This document shows positions 1-10,343 of a stretch of 36,951 bases of DNA, piece by piece (position 1 is the stretch's first letter; each line of letters starts with the position of its first letter). A program made the translations under genes and the position numbers. The notes beneath the pieces were generated by a model. The model searched no databases, had not been told where the DNA came from, and saw only the letters and a program-made list of their open reading frames with translations. The stretch is from Vicugna vicugna (Eukaryota): contig MU061579.1 of NCBI GenBank assembly GCA_013265495.1, positions 854,872-891,822 of the forward strand, written 5' to 3'.

Positions 1-1800
1 TCCTGTATTATGTTATCTCTGGAAATCTTTATAGTTCTTCCTCATACATTTAGTTACTCAATGTATCTTGATACGGCAAGTCTTTCCACTTGATCTTCAA
101 GTGTGTCTTGGGCTACTCTTGTCCTTTTGTACTTGAAATAAAATTTAAATTCAGCATTCCAAGTTCTACAAAATACCAGTGTACTTATTTTAATTTATAG
201 CACATTGAAGTTACACAATGAAGTTACACACTGAATTTTGACAGATGTTTTTCCAATAATGAACTTAATGAGTTTTTCAATTCATAAAATTAGTTTGATC
301 TTTAGAATTTTTCTAAATAGTTTTGTAATTTTCTCAATAAAGGTCTTATATTTTTTTGTTTATTCCCGGATACTTGGTATTTTTGCAGCTATGGTAACAG
401 TGTCATTATAAAAAATTTTATTTTCTAGCCATTTATTTTCTAAGGATTTAATGCTGGACTGTAACATTAATTTGTGAGGTTCTTCATTTTTTGCCCAGCA
501 ATGCTTCTGAGTTCATTCATTAATTCTAATAATATTATCTACTAATTGCTTTGGGAATTTCTATGTATGAAGTAATATCATCTGTGAATATTGAAAGTTA
601 TTTCTTCCTTTCAAATTCTTATAACATTTATTTTAATTGCTTGCATTTAAAGTATTGGCTGTGATCTAAAGTAAAATGTTAAATCAAAATGTTAATAGCA
701 GGCATTTGGGCTTTAAATTGAATATGAAAAAGAAGGGTTTGCACATTTTACCATTTAATATTGTTTGCTCTAACTTTTGAGGACACTTTTTTAATCCCTT
801 TTTGAAAAAGCCTCTTAGATTTCCACTTGAAAAAAACAACATGAATGGTTGCTTAATTTTTAAATGCTTTTATGGTATCTATGCAAAAGACTATTTCATT
901 TTTTTTTACTCCTCACTCTTTAATATAGTTAAACTTTAATTTTCTAATGTTAAATTAACTTTACCCTCATCAGATAATCTATAGTTAATTATGATGGCTT
1001 ACTGGAACAGTTTATTAATACACTAGGGTTTTTTTTTTATCATTATTTATGATTTAAGATTGGCCTTAAATTTTTCTTTCTTTGATGTCTTTTTCAGGTT
1101 CTGATAGCAAGGTAGCCTAAAATGAGTTGAAAAAGGTCTCTTCATAGATTATTTTTTAACTGTGTTTGTAATATTGGAAATAAATATTCTTTGAAAGCTT
1201 GGAAAAACTTAGTGGTGAAGTCTTTTTAGCCATAAGTTATTTCATGGGAATAATTGTGTCTGATGACTTAATTCTGAAAAATATATAAATTTTAAGGTTT
1301 TAATTATATTTGTATATTTCATTTAAATATTCAAAATACTTCATATTTTCTAAAATTTTCTATTTTTAAGTATGTTTGACATATCTGAGTTATTTTTTCC
1401 TTTACATTTGCGTAGTAGATTCAACTTTTTTTCCTCCATTATTTACTTTGCTCTCTTAATATTTTTTCCTTCTAGAATTTTTTTCTATAATAGTTTTGTC
1501 CAACTTCTTGAATGAATGGTTAGTTTACTTCCTTACTTTTATAATTGCCTAGTATAAGATTTATGGCAATGTATTCCTTTTAAATTCTGCCTTATTTCTA
1601 GGCCTTAAGTTTTGGCAAGTGATATTTTTATCATTTAGTTCAAAATACTTGCCAAATTTCATTGTGATTTTTTTAACTAAGGTGTAACTTAGAAGTGTTC
1701 ATTAATTTTTCAGAAATATAGGAGATTTAAAATTATTTTTTAATTGGCTTCTGCTTTACTGCATCATAGTTATAAAGTATGATCTAGAATTTGAAAAAAA
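1..1800 (-). mobile_element. Old, heavily diverged LINE-1 (L1M-type) ORF2-region fragment, antisense; runs off the left edge
   Basis: T-rich stretch with degenerate antisense L1 motifs in colinear order, e.g. 'ttgggctactcttgtccttttgtacttgaaataaaatttaaattcagcattccaagttctac', 'atatcatctgtgaata', 'ttttaccatttaata'. No long ORF. Right boundary approximate. Confidence 0.75.
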
Positions 1801-2399
1801 ATTTTTTGAACCCCCCTGTACAATTCAGTAAATGTAAGGTGATAATATTACTTATTTTCTGATCTGTTATACTTTTGAGTGTGAAAAGAGATTGTAACCC
1901 TCAGAAAAACAGCTTGAGCAAATCAGGCTGCATGGTTATCCAAACTATGTAATACATCTTCGTAACTTTTCCACAGATGCTGGAAAATTACGTGTTTTCT
2001 ATAGTGGTGTTCCGGGTCCTACATATAAAGTAGTAAATCGCAGGGGGGAAAAAAAAAGATTAATAGGAAGCAGAGATGTAGTAAAGTCACAGATCTAGAC
2101 CCTCTTTAGAATTTCCATGTGTCATTTGCCAACTAAAAGAGGGATTATAAAAATATCCCAACCACAAATAAAACACCTCACAGACACACACACCCTTATA
2201 CATACACATGCATTTTTATAAAATGTCACATCTAGAGCTTTCAATAAAATTTTTAGAAAGGAACTTACTGCTTTCTGACTGAAGTTAATACAGAGTCCTT
2301 TATATGTGTACCAGGGCAGCAGTATTTCCTAAAATGAGCAATACTCTCAATTTGCCTCTCTAGCTAATACTCTTAGATTACGTTAATTTACTCTCTACT

Positions 2400-2803
2400 C
2401 TTTCCTACCTTTCTCTGTGACTATGGACCATATCAGTCAAACCCCCTTCCCCTCTGGGTTTTGGGTGCCTTCAGCTTTTGGAGAGCACAGGTGACAAGAA
2501 GTCAAGGTCTGATTATTTAGTATTTACCAGGGTAAAGCCCTAGTTCACTTTACCGGTTCTCAAGAAGTCAATGGCCAGTCTCCTGTGCCCAACGCCATAG
2601 TTCTCTTCTACAGCTATAGATCTCTGTCTGTCTTCCCTTCCACTTGCCCCTTCAAGCTTAAGGGTAAGAATGGCTTTCCCACTCTTGCTTAACCCTGGGT
2701 GCTTCATCATTTCTTTTTTTAAACTCCATTCACATTTTTCTATTTCTTTAATTAAACATTTTCTATTAACCTGTGAATGACCTGCCACAACCCTGATTAG
2801 TAG
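2400..2803 (+). mobile_element. Ancient ERVL-class solo LTR, LTR33-like
   Basis: 'cttgccccttcaagcttaagggtaagaatggcttt', 'ccctgggtgcttcatcat', 'attaaac' and terminal 'ctgccacaaccctgattagta' match recalled LTR33 motifs and 3' end (ctgggaccctgactgataca). Start approximate. Confidence 0.6.
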
Positions 2804-3931
2804 AGCATGTTACTATATTTTAAAATACATGTAAAATCAATTGACAATTATAATTCATAATTCAAAAATATTCATGTAACACCTAAAACGATCTAAAGTA
2901 TCCCCGATTGCATACAAAGTCATGCTTTAGGGAACACTGTCCTGTACACTGTTTAAATTTACTCAGCTTTCTTAAATATAAATGAGATTTGGTTTCTTAA
3001 GAGGATGTAGAGAAGATTTCCCAACAGTGAGTAGAATTCATTAAAAGACGGTGACTTTTATATAATGCAAATAATAGGTATAATCTAATGAGAGCTATTA
3101 TTAGGGACAATAATATATTACTTCTATGTAAGAATATCCAATAGAACTAAGGTAGATTATAAAGCTGCTAAAATGCTCACTTAAGATTAGATATCACATT
3201 TTACCCTCAGCAAATATTTGTTGTATTAAATGTTCAACCAATACCACTAATTGCTTTCAAATCTGTCAGTTACAGATCAATTCACCGTCTCCCTTTACCC
3301 AAAGGTGAGACTTTCATTGATCAAGTGAGAAAGGGTTAATCATAGAAAAATGAGAAGAGAGAAAGTGAGAAAAGGAGTCCTCATTTTGAAGATGTCATCC
3401 TCAACATCCTAAATGAAGACAAAGTTACATTTGAAGAATCTTGGAATTTGAGCATTTAAATTTTCAGGTAGAAGATTTCGGCTTTCTTATCACCTCTGTA
3501 CTTAACAGGGGCCAGGAGTCTGGGAAATTCTGAGCTTAAAAAGAGAAGAATTTGGTGCCAGAGTGAGAGGAGTGAAGTGGGAGATATATTTCACGGTGTG
3601 TCTCGTATAAACACTTATTCCTGTCTTCCGCAGAATAGGCTCTTTTGGAAAGCCCTCTTATAAAAGGACTGGACTGCCAATTTCTTAGCAAGCTGAAATC
3701 CTAGAAATATCATCACTGATGAATCACTTCTTACTGAGGAGCCAATTTAGAATAGAATTGGGCAGGCAAGCTGCTAACAGTAGGGTAGAGGCTTCTGAGG
3801 TGCATAAGGACAGAAGAAGAGAAGAACAGCATGTTCTTTTCTCGTTAATTTGGTCCATAACCTTGGCACTAAAGTGATAATGGAAATCACAGAAGGTGAG
3901 AATGAAGATCTCCAACCAGGCTAGTGAGGAT

Positions 3932-4089
3932 GTTACATAATACGTCAGTTATAAAACTTCCTTCGACTACGTATATAGATTGAGCGTCTCAAAGCTCTTA
4001 GCACTTAACCTACTGTTACTGTGGAGTCATAGAACAAGTGAGGATTTTGAAGTTAGATGAGTGCGCGTTAGCGAGTACGACAGGTGAGA
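3932..4089 (+). promoter_or_regulatory. Candidate TATA promoter plus first exon ending in a strong splice donor
   Basis: GTTACATAAT (PAR-bZIP/D-box, 3932-3941), TACGTCA (CRE-like), CAGTTA (MYB), TATAAAA (3950-3956), local CpG cluster, CAG|GTGAGA donor at 4083/4084. Motif-based only. Confidence 0.3.
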
Positions 4090-4165
4090 CGTTTAACCTT
4101 TCTTGCCTTTGGTGTTCGCTTTGGTAAAACAAGGGCATTTGGTTAGATTATTTGAAAGGTCTCCA
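4085..4165 (+). mobile_element. MIR SINE core fragment
   Basis: 'tttaacctttcttgcctttggtgttcgctttggtaaaacaagggcatttggttagattatttgaaaggtctcc' resembles the MIR core 'cttaacctctctgagcctcagtttcctcatctgtaaaatg...ttggactagatgatctctaaggtccc'. Confidence 0.45.
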
Positions 4166-4264
4166 TAAAATCTATGGCTCCAAATACATTTAATGATCAG
4201 ACTCTAAGTATAGCAGATACGGTATAAGAGGAAGGAAAGTGGATTTATTTCAAGAGAAAACAGT

Positions 4265-4446
4265 CCTGGTTTTGAGGCGTAGACTTACTTAAATCTTTTC
4301 TCCTCTTACCTTGTGATCTTGAACTGAAAACTGCAGTTTCTTTTCTTCAAAATGGGCATAATAATTCTTGCTGAAGGTATTTTTGTTAAAGGAAAAATGA
4401 GAGAAAGCATAGGGAACACACTTTCTGAACAGTACATAAATGTGAC
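4265..4446 (+). mobile_element. MIR SINE relic
   Basis: 'tgtgatcttg', 'cagtttcttttcttcaaaatgggcataataatt', 'aaatgagagaaagcata...aacacacttt' follow MIR consensus order. Confidence 0.55.
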
Positions 4447-4559
4447 AAATGGACAGCTATGTATCAGTCATGGATCCTGGGTCTCAAGTTAAACTTGGGT
4501 TGCCTAAATTTAGACTTTTTTTTGAAAAAAAAACAAAACAAAAAACCTCTGGTTCCAGG

Positions 4560-4808
4560 CAGTGAAGAACAGACGTGCCCTCTTGCTCTCTCTTCCCCCT
4601 GCTGAGGATACTGTTGTGTGTTAAGATGTTGGTGTCGCAAGACGGTGGGTCCTCTGTCATTCTGAGACCCTGATTGACTAACAGAGTCGAGTCCCCAGCA
4701 ACCTGAATTAGACAAGTAAAGCTAGTGGAAAATAAACTTTGTTGTAAGGCCACAGAGATTTAGAAGTTACTTTGGCTTCGTAGCATAAGTAAACTTTCCT
4801 GAGCAATA
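4560..4808 (+). mobile_element. MaLR (MLT1-type) LTR 3' part
   Basis: 'aaataaactttgttgtaaggccacagagatttagaagttact...gtagcataa...tcctgagcaata' matches the MLT1 3' end (aataaacc..tgttgt..aagccactgagattt...gcagcataacc...ctgactaataca). Start approximate. Confidence 0.65.
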
Positions 4809-5291
4809 GAGGCATTAATATGGGGGAAAAAAGTCTTTGTTGAATATTCCAGGCCACAGAGAAATCACTAAGTCAAAGGAACATATGAAGGATGGATATT
4901 AAGCAGACTTGAACTTTAAGGAACACAAGGACTGAACAGTTGGGTAATAGGAAAATGTCGTGGACGTGGCTAAGGTGACACATTTTAAAGTAGGCTGGTC
5001 CCCAAGGTGCATGGTTCGTATTGGGGATTACTAGAAATTGAACCAAGTCCACGTCAGTAAACAAGAAGGTTCAAACCACAGTACGTTTCTATCAAATGGC
5101 ATTGTGTGTCTGGAGTGTCCTTTTGGATTCCTTTTCTCTAGAAGCTCATTATTCTGAAGAAAGCAAAAAAAGGTTTGTCCCCTTGGGAAAGGAAAATGTT
5201 TTATTCTGGCAACAATCATATAGGTAGAAATTCAAGGCAGTCCTCTATGTGAAGTGTGGTGATAGAATTTACATATTTATATGTACATATT

Positions 5292-5335
5292 TATAATGAT
5301 ATCATATACTCATATACATATACTCATATACTCAT
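5292..5335. repeat. Short imperfect tandem repeat (CATATACT)n
   Basis: 'catatactcatatacatatactcatatactcat' read directly. Confidence 0.7.
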
Positions 5336-5399
5336 GTGGCTTTTGAAGTTAGTCTTTGTAACTAAAATAGTCCATGAAAGCAAGCATCTCTTGTGTGGC

Positions 5400-5694
5400 T
5401 TTGTTTTTTCTCATTAAACTTTGTTTTAATGGGTCTTGAAATGCTGTGATGGATTTTTAATTAAGTTGTTTCCATTAAAAAGTATACTGATTTTAAAAAC
5501 TAATAACTTAAAAATGCCTCACACAAAAAAACAAATGGTCCACAGAACATTCTCCTTCCCTTCGGAAGGTTTTACAGTGCAATGTTATTATTAACCCATC
5601 TTTTACTGTTCAACTTAAATGGCCAATTGAGACAAACAGTTCTGAGACCATTGCCCCACCACTGATGAAGACAGGGGTAGCAGGCATTGGGGAT
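5400..5694 (-). pseudogene. EEF1A1: 5'-truncated processed pseudogene of EEF1A1 consisting of the 3'UTR plus a short poly(A) remnant
   Basis: Reverse complement reads 'atccccaatgcctgctacccctgtcttcatcagtggtggggcaatggtctcagaactgtttgtctcaattggccatttaag...gttattagtttttaaaatcagtatactttttaatggaaacaactt...gacccATTAAAacaaagtttaatgagaaaaaa', colinear with the recalled EEF1A1 3'UTR from just after the stop codon to the poly(A) site. No CDS and no clear TSD. Confidence 0.92.
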
Positions 5695-6199
5695 CCTTAG
5701 GTCAAACTCACTAGGTATTTGATTGATATACTCATAAGCTGAGCGAATTATTGAATTAAAGCAGTAGGCACGAGAATGAATGGGTGAAAGTATAAAGATT
5801 GGACATAATGTCTTCAGAGCAGGAGGCTGTGGCTTCGTGGCATAGGGATGCTAATCATTATGTCAGAAACAATGGGAACTGGGTTTAGAGTGGCAAAATG
5901 TGTGCTCGGCCACATTCTCACCAGTAGACGCCGGCCCTTCAGTATCTTTCCCATTTGAGTCAGAACTGTCTCAGGAACTGATGGTGCAGATGGATTATTT
6001 TTATATTCCAGGAGTCAGGAAACTTCTAGTTTTGGGCTGTGACACTCTTTTTCTCAGCTGTCTGCATTTTGTTCTCTCTTCTAAGCAGATTCTTCCATAT
6101 TGATCATTTAACTCCACACTCCACCTCTCCGTATGCCTTTATCCTATTTATCTATCTTTAGAAAGCTTAATTTTCATTCTCCCCAAACTAAATAGTTGA

Positions 6200-6350
6200 T
6201 TTTTCTATGTGTTTCACAGCAATCACACTTTTCTATCGTTTAAGATTAGCTTCTCTTTAACCTCTAATAACCTGGAGGCTCCTATGTGTAGCTTGCTGGG
6301 TACATAATCATCATTCAATAGAGAGAGAATGAATGGGTAAATAAACAATA
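6200..6350 (+). mobile_element. LINE-2 3'-end relic
   Basis: 'gcttgctgggtacataat...ttcaata...gaatgaatgggtaaataaac' resembles the L2 terminal motif (cctggcacatagtaggcgctcaataaat...gaatgaatgaat). Confidence 0.4.
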
Positions 6351-6945
6351 AAACTAAAGTCCCCTAATATGTAAAATTTAGGGACTGTCAGCTTTGTTTT
6401 ATTTAGTAGATTCATTTACCTGGTTGCATTTCAATGCAGAACATGGGGGTTCTATAATACCCCCGAAGAAAGGAAATGTATCTCTACTTTTGCCTGCAAG
6501 TGATGAATACATAGAATATTTATGCCATCTAGTTTCTTTAGAACTTATATAAAATGTGAGATTCTTAGGATCACACACATATCCTTGGTGAAGTTATGTA
6601 GATCAAAAATGATTTTTTTCCAGGTATCCATACTACTCTGAAGCTTGTAAGGCTAGCCAGCAGGAAACCACAAGAAAGAGCGTGATGGGAGAGATCAAAG
6701 AGAATACCAAATCGATGCTGGTCTGGTATGAATAATGGTAGCATATCTGTGTGTGAAACCTAAACACAGAGGTCAAACTTTCTTGGACAATGACATGAAA
6801 GATGATAGAATCATATCCCTGATTTTAGGTAACAGTAACACAGTAAGTTTATTTCTAGGCATTTTATTGTTTCTGATGCAATGGAAATGTTTATGCCAGT
6901 TATAAAATTCTGGCTTTTGAAGTGGAAAAAAAAAGTGAATGAAGA

Positions 6946-7317
6946 GCCGCAGATGGCAAAATATCCTTCTTTCCTGTTGGTGAGTTGTATTTCATTACAT
7001 ATATATGCTGTATCTTCTTTATCCATTCATCTATTGATGTGCACTTAGGATGCTTCCATACCATGGCAATTATAAATAATGTTGCTATTAATAGCGGGGT
7101 GTATGTATCTTTTTGAATTAATTCTTATTTTCTGGTTGGCTTTATTCCTTTGGTAGCTATGTAAGTTTAAAAAGCTATAGCTCCAAACATTCTTGGAAAC
7201 AATGAACAGTAAATTTAAAACTGTGCAGTATATTGTATTTACATGCAATATATTGTATATGTGCAGTCAAATTTTACCAATTTTACCTAATAAAACTGAA
7301 AAATGAAAAAAAAAAAA
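6946..7317 (+). mobile_element. 5'-inverted (twin-primed) truncated LINE-1: antisense ORF2 C-terminal piece (6946-7124) joined to a sense 3' tail with AATAAA and poly(A) (7121-7317)
   Basis: 6946-7124 is antisense L1 ('tttatccattcatctattgat', 'gtatctttttgaatta'). 7121-7317 is highly similar to 34853-35067 in this window and ends 'cctaataaaactgaaaaatg(a)n'. Junction overlap ATTC. Confidence 0.8.
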
Positions 7318-7319
7318 GC

Positions 7320-7670
7320 AGTGACAGTAAGTGCAAAGGCTCTGAGCAGGTGCACATTTCTGATGTTTTGGAAGAAGTGGAAGGTGGCCAGGTGGCTAGG
7401 GTAGAGTGGGAAGAAGGGAGGGCATGAGGGCAGAGTCATGCAGAGCCAGGGTTTTGCAGGCCAATTTAGGGAGTTTGAGTCTCACTTGGAATCAGAGTTA
7501 GCCTTTGAATAATTGCTAAAAGAAGAGTAACACAAACTGATTCAATTTGTATCTGTATTATTTCCCAATGCTGGGTGGGGAAGAGACTGTGGAAGGTCAG
7601 GTGCAGAAGCAAGGGTTCTAGTGGAAAAGGGCAAGCCTCCCGAGAAGACACAGGTGCCTTAGATCAGGTG
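7320..7670 (-). mobile_element. LINE-2 fragment, antisense
   Basis: 'aagtgcaaaggctctgag', 'ggccaggtggctagggtagagtg', 'ggagtttgagtctcact', 'ggtgccttagatcaggtg' are typical antisense L2 motifs in order. Confidence 0.65.
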
Positions 7671-7694
7671 AACAGGGTAAGAAATTAATTCAAA

Positions 7695-7821
7695 GGGAGG
7701 CGGAGTTACCCCCTGTGACATCATCCGCGCCCCACCCCACACTACTGCAGCTGCTGCAGTTGTGCAGTTCAGCTCTGCGGGCAGGAAATGCATGTAGGAG
7801 AGTGTAGGTCACATGGTGAGC
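7695..7821 (+). promoter_or_regulatory. Candidate GC-box/CRE promoter or enhancer with downstream ATG|GTGAG splice donor
   Basis: GGGAGGCGGAG (7695-7705), TGACATCA (7716-7723), CCGCGCCCCACCCC (Sp/KLF), two GCAGTT (MYB-like), CAGGAAAT (ETS), ATG|GTGAGC at 7815/7816. GC-rich island in AT-rich surroundings. Confidence 0.35.
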
Positions 7822-8049
7822 AGCTTCTCAATGACAGCTGAATTTAAACCTGATTTTATTGTATGGGTACCGTCTGTAAGGGTGATAGTTGACCAAAAAA
7901 AGATAGGAAAGAAGAAATGGGGCAGAAGCAGGATTGTAGATTGAGATGACAAGGGGGCATCATATGATAGTAACTGGAAATAAAGGAAACGGTAGTGGTA
8001 TCCAGACTTTAGACCTCAAAATACGTACGTGTATATAGAATATCGATAT

Positions 8050-8090
8050 CGTGTGTGTGTGTGTGTGTAAATATATATATATGTATGTAT
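8050..8090. repeat. (TG)n-(TA)n microsatellite
   Basis: 'gtgtgtgtgtgtgtgtgtaaatatatatatatgtatgtat' read directly. Confidence 0.9.
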
Positions 8091-8193
8091 AAATATTAAA
8101 ATGCCCACAGGAGTCCCAAAGTTAGTGGCAAAGGGATCCACCAGAAATATTAGGAGTATTAGTTGTAGAACAGGATAACTGGTGATTCTTCAC

Positions 8194-8367
8194 CAGGCAG
8201 AGCAGGGTTTTGCAGACAGGAGGCTGACACAATTCTTAGTATCCTCCTTTAGGAAAAGAATAAAAAAATTATAAACACAAAGTAAGATTCAGAGTCCTGC
8301 AAATGGCCTATTCAAGTGAGAGGCCCAGAAGACTAAGCTTTATGAGCTCCCTGGTAAGTCCACTACT
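8194..8367 (-). mobile_element. Non-autonomous hAT DNA transposon relic, MER69A-like
   Basis: 'cctttaggaaaagaataaaaaaattataaacacaaag', 'caagtgagaggcccagaagactaagctttatgagct...ggtaagtccact' match the reverse complement of the recalled MER69A consensus. Length about 175 bp fits. Confidence 0.6.
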
Positions 8368-9882
8368 AATTATAGGATATTCACATGGAATGCATTTTAT
8401 TTTCATTTATTGTTAATAAGCCTCACTAAACATCAACCTATAGAAATAATAAAAGCAGGAATTTCTTTAATGAAAAAAATGATAAACTGAAGTACGTATC
8501 TCAGATTGTTCTCAGGCTGTTCTGTTATGCTTTTCCTGATACAAATACTTTTTGAAAAAAATCATATTCGGAAAAAATAGTGCACAATTTGGGTTACTTA
8601 CAATTTATATCATTGTTTTAAAGTGAATGTTGCAATAGTTGCTCCAAATACCTGTTTAAAAAAAACGGCACGTTAAACTCTGGATAGCTGTTAAGAAAAT
8701 GAAACACAGATCTGAAGTAGTCTAAAAATTGGAAAAGAAGTGAAGATTTAATCTTTTAAGAAATGATGGGGAAACCAATATTACCTGATAAAGGAAAGAC
8801 AAGAGCGGGCTGCTGGTACTTGACCATGCCCCAAATGCCATCCTTAATCTTGTGTACAGGAATCCCTGGGATGAGCGAGGCTGTATTTCCTCGGAATTTC
8901 ACCCTCTCATTCCCATTAACTCCTGCCACGGCCAATGTCTAATCTGCACATTTTGTAGTTGAATTAAAAGAATACAAAATATATCTTTCTCAAAATCAAT
9001 TTTTATTTTCCTCCAAGTGTTCAACTTTCCAATTTTTATAGCCTCGTTACTTCTCTAAGTTCTCATTTTCCACATATCCAAGTCTTTTCCCCTTCTTTTG
9101 GACTTTAACAAGGAATTTAATGAAAGTTTTAATGATGATTAGGGAACAGGTTTTGCATTTCTTTGGTCAAGGAGTCTGTCTAAGTTATCCTTTAGTGGAA
9201 AATAAGGGGAAATCAAACCTCTCCTTTGACCCCCTTAGCTCCAGCCTCCGAGGAGAGTACTAACGTGGAAAAGAGCTGCTTCCTCTGCTGTCATTCCACC
9301 CAGGTTCCCTGAGATCACTTGCAACTGTTTTGTGCACCGACTGCCCCTTAGTGCTCAAATAAATAAACTCAGCTTTAGGTACAGGAGAAATAAAGATAGT
9401 ACTTGATGGTGTCCTAGGTTAGTTCTTAACCATTTGGATTCATCTAACTTGGGTAAAGTGCTCTCCCAACATATTCAGCAAAAATCTCTGAGTCTTGCAG
9501 GGAAGCTAGGGGCTAAATCTCTAGCAGTGTTTGTGTGTCCCACGTACTTTATCAGCTACTGCCTTGGGATAACGTAGGATCAGTTATCACATTAAAATCT
9601 AATTTTTAAGTGTATTTGAGTATAGTAGCCAACAGTCTAAATGTTACCTAACTTTACTCTCCTTCCAAATAGAGGTTCTTAATTTGAAACCTAGTCACAA
9701 AAATGTAACTTTTAGTTTAGCTGAGTAATAGTGGAGCATGTTTGCCAGAAACCATCATCTGGCGCCAAGCTAACAACAAGGGCCGGTGGACAATTTACTC
9801 TCCCTGTGAATCCTGGAAGAGAAAAATGCAATGGGATTTGGTAAACATAGCGACTGTCTTTGCTGGGTTAACCAAACAGGAA

Positions 9883-10343
9883 TTTTAGTGAGCTTTTGCT
9901 GTGTAACAAACCACACATCACCCGCCTCAGATATAGCGATTTGAAACAGTAGCAGCATTACTGAGCTTATAGTTCTGTGGGCCATCTTGATATTCCTGAG
10001 GTCTAGACCAGTTCTGCTGGTCACGCTGGGCTCGCTCACTTACCTATGGTCAGCTGGCAGATTGGCTAGCTGTTGGATGATCTCCTAGGGCTCCAGTCAC
10101 ATGACTGTCAATTGCCAGGCATGGTGGAATCTCAGGTCGAGTGGCTCATCTCAGCCACATGTGGTCTTTCAATTTCCAGTAAGCTAACTCAGCTTTGTTT
10201 ACAAGTCAAGCCATGTGGTCAAGTCCAGATATAAGGAGTAGAAGAATCATCTCCATCTCTTGGTTGGAAGAGCTTCAGAATGACTTTGCTAAAGGGCATG
10301 CATATTGAGAAAAACTCGTGGCTACTTTTTGCAACCTGCCCTG
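9883..10343 (-). mobile_element. MaLR (MLT1-type) solo LTR, antisense
   Basis: 'ttttgctgtgtaacaaaccac', 'gctgggctcgctcac', 'ggtcagctggcag', 'catgtggtcaagtccaga', 'ctccatctcttggttggaagagc' are antisense MLT1F/G/H-like motifs. Confidence 0.75.

Noticed and set aside
206..234. 13-bp tandem duplication tgaagttacacaa
   Set aside because: Ordinary slippage duplication within a decayed L1.
1977..2030. ATG CTG GAA AAT TAC (MLENY, KRAB-A-like) after a ttttccacag acceptor
   Set aside because: Flanking residues do not fit KRAB-A (no DV before, no NLVSL after), the frame closes quickly, and there is no zinc-finger array in the window.
2815..2940. Possible hAT/MER5-like relic ending 'tttagggaacactg'
   Set aside because: Only a terminal motif is recognisable; no matching opposite terminus or TSD.
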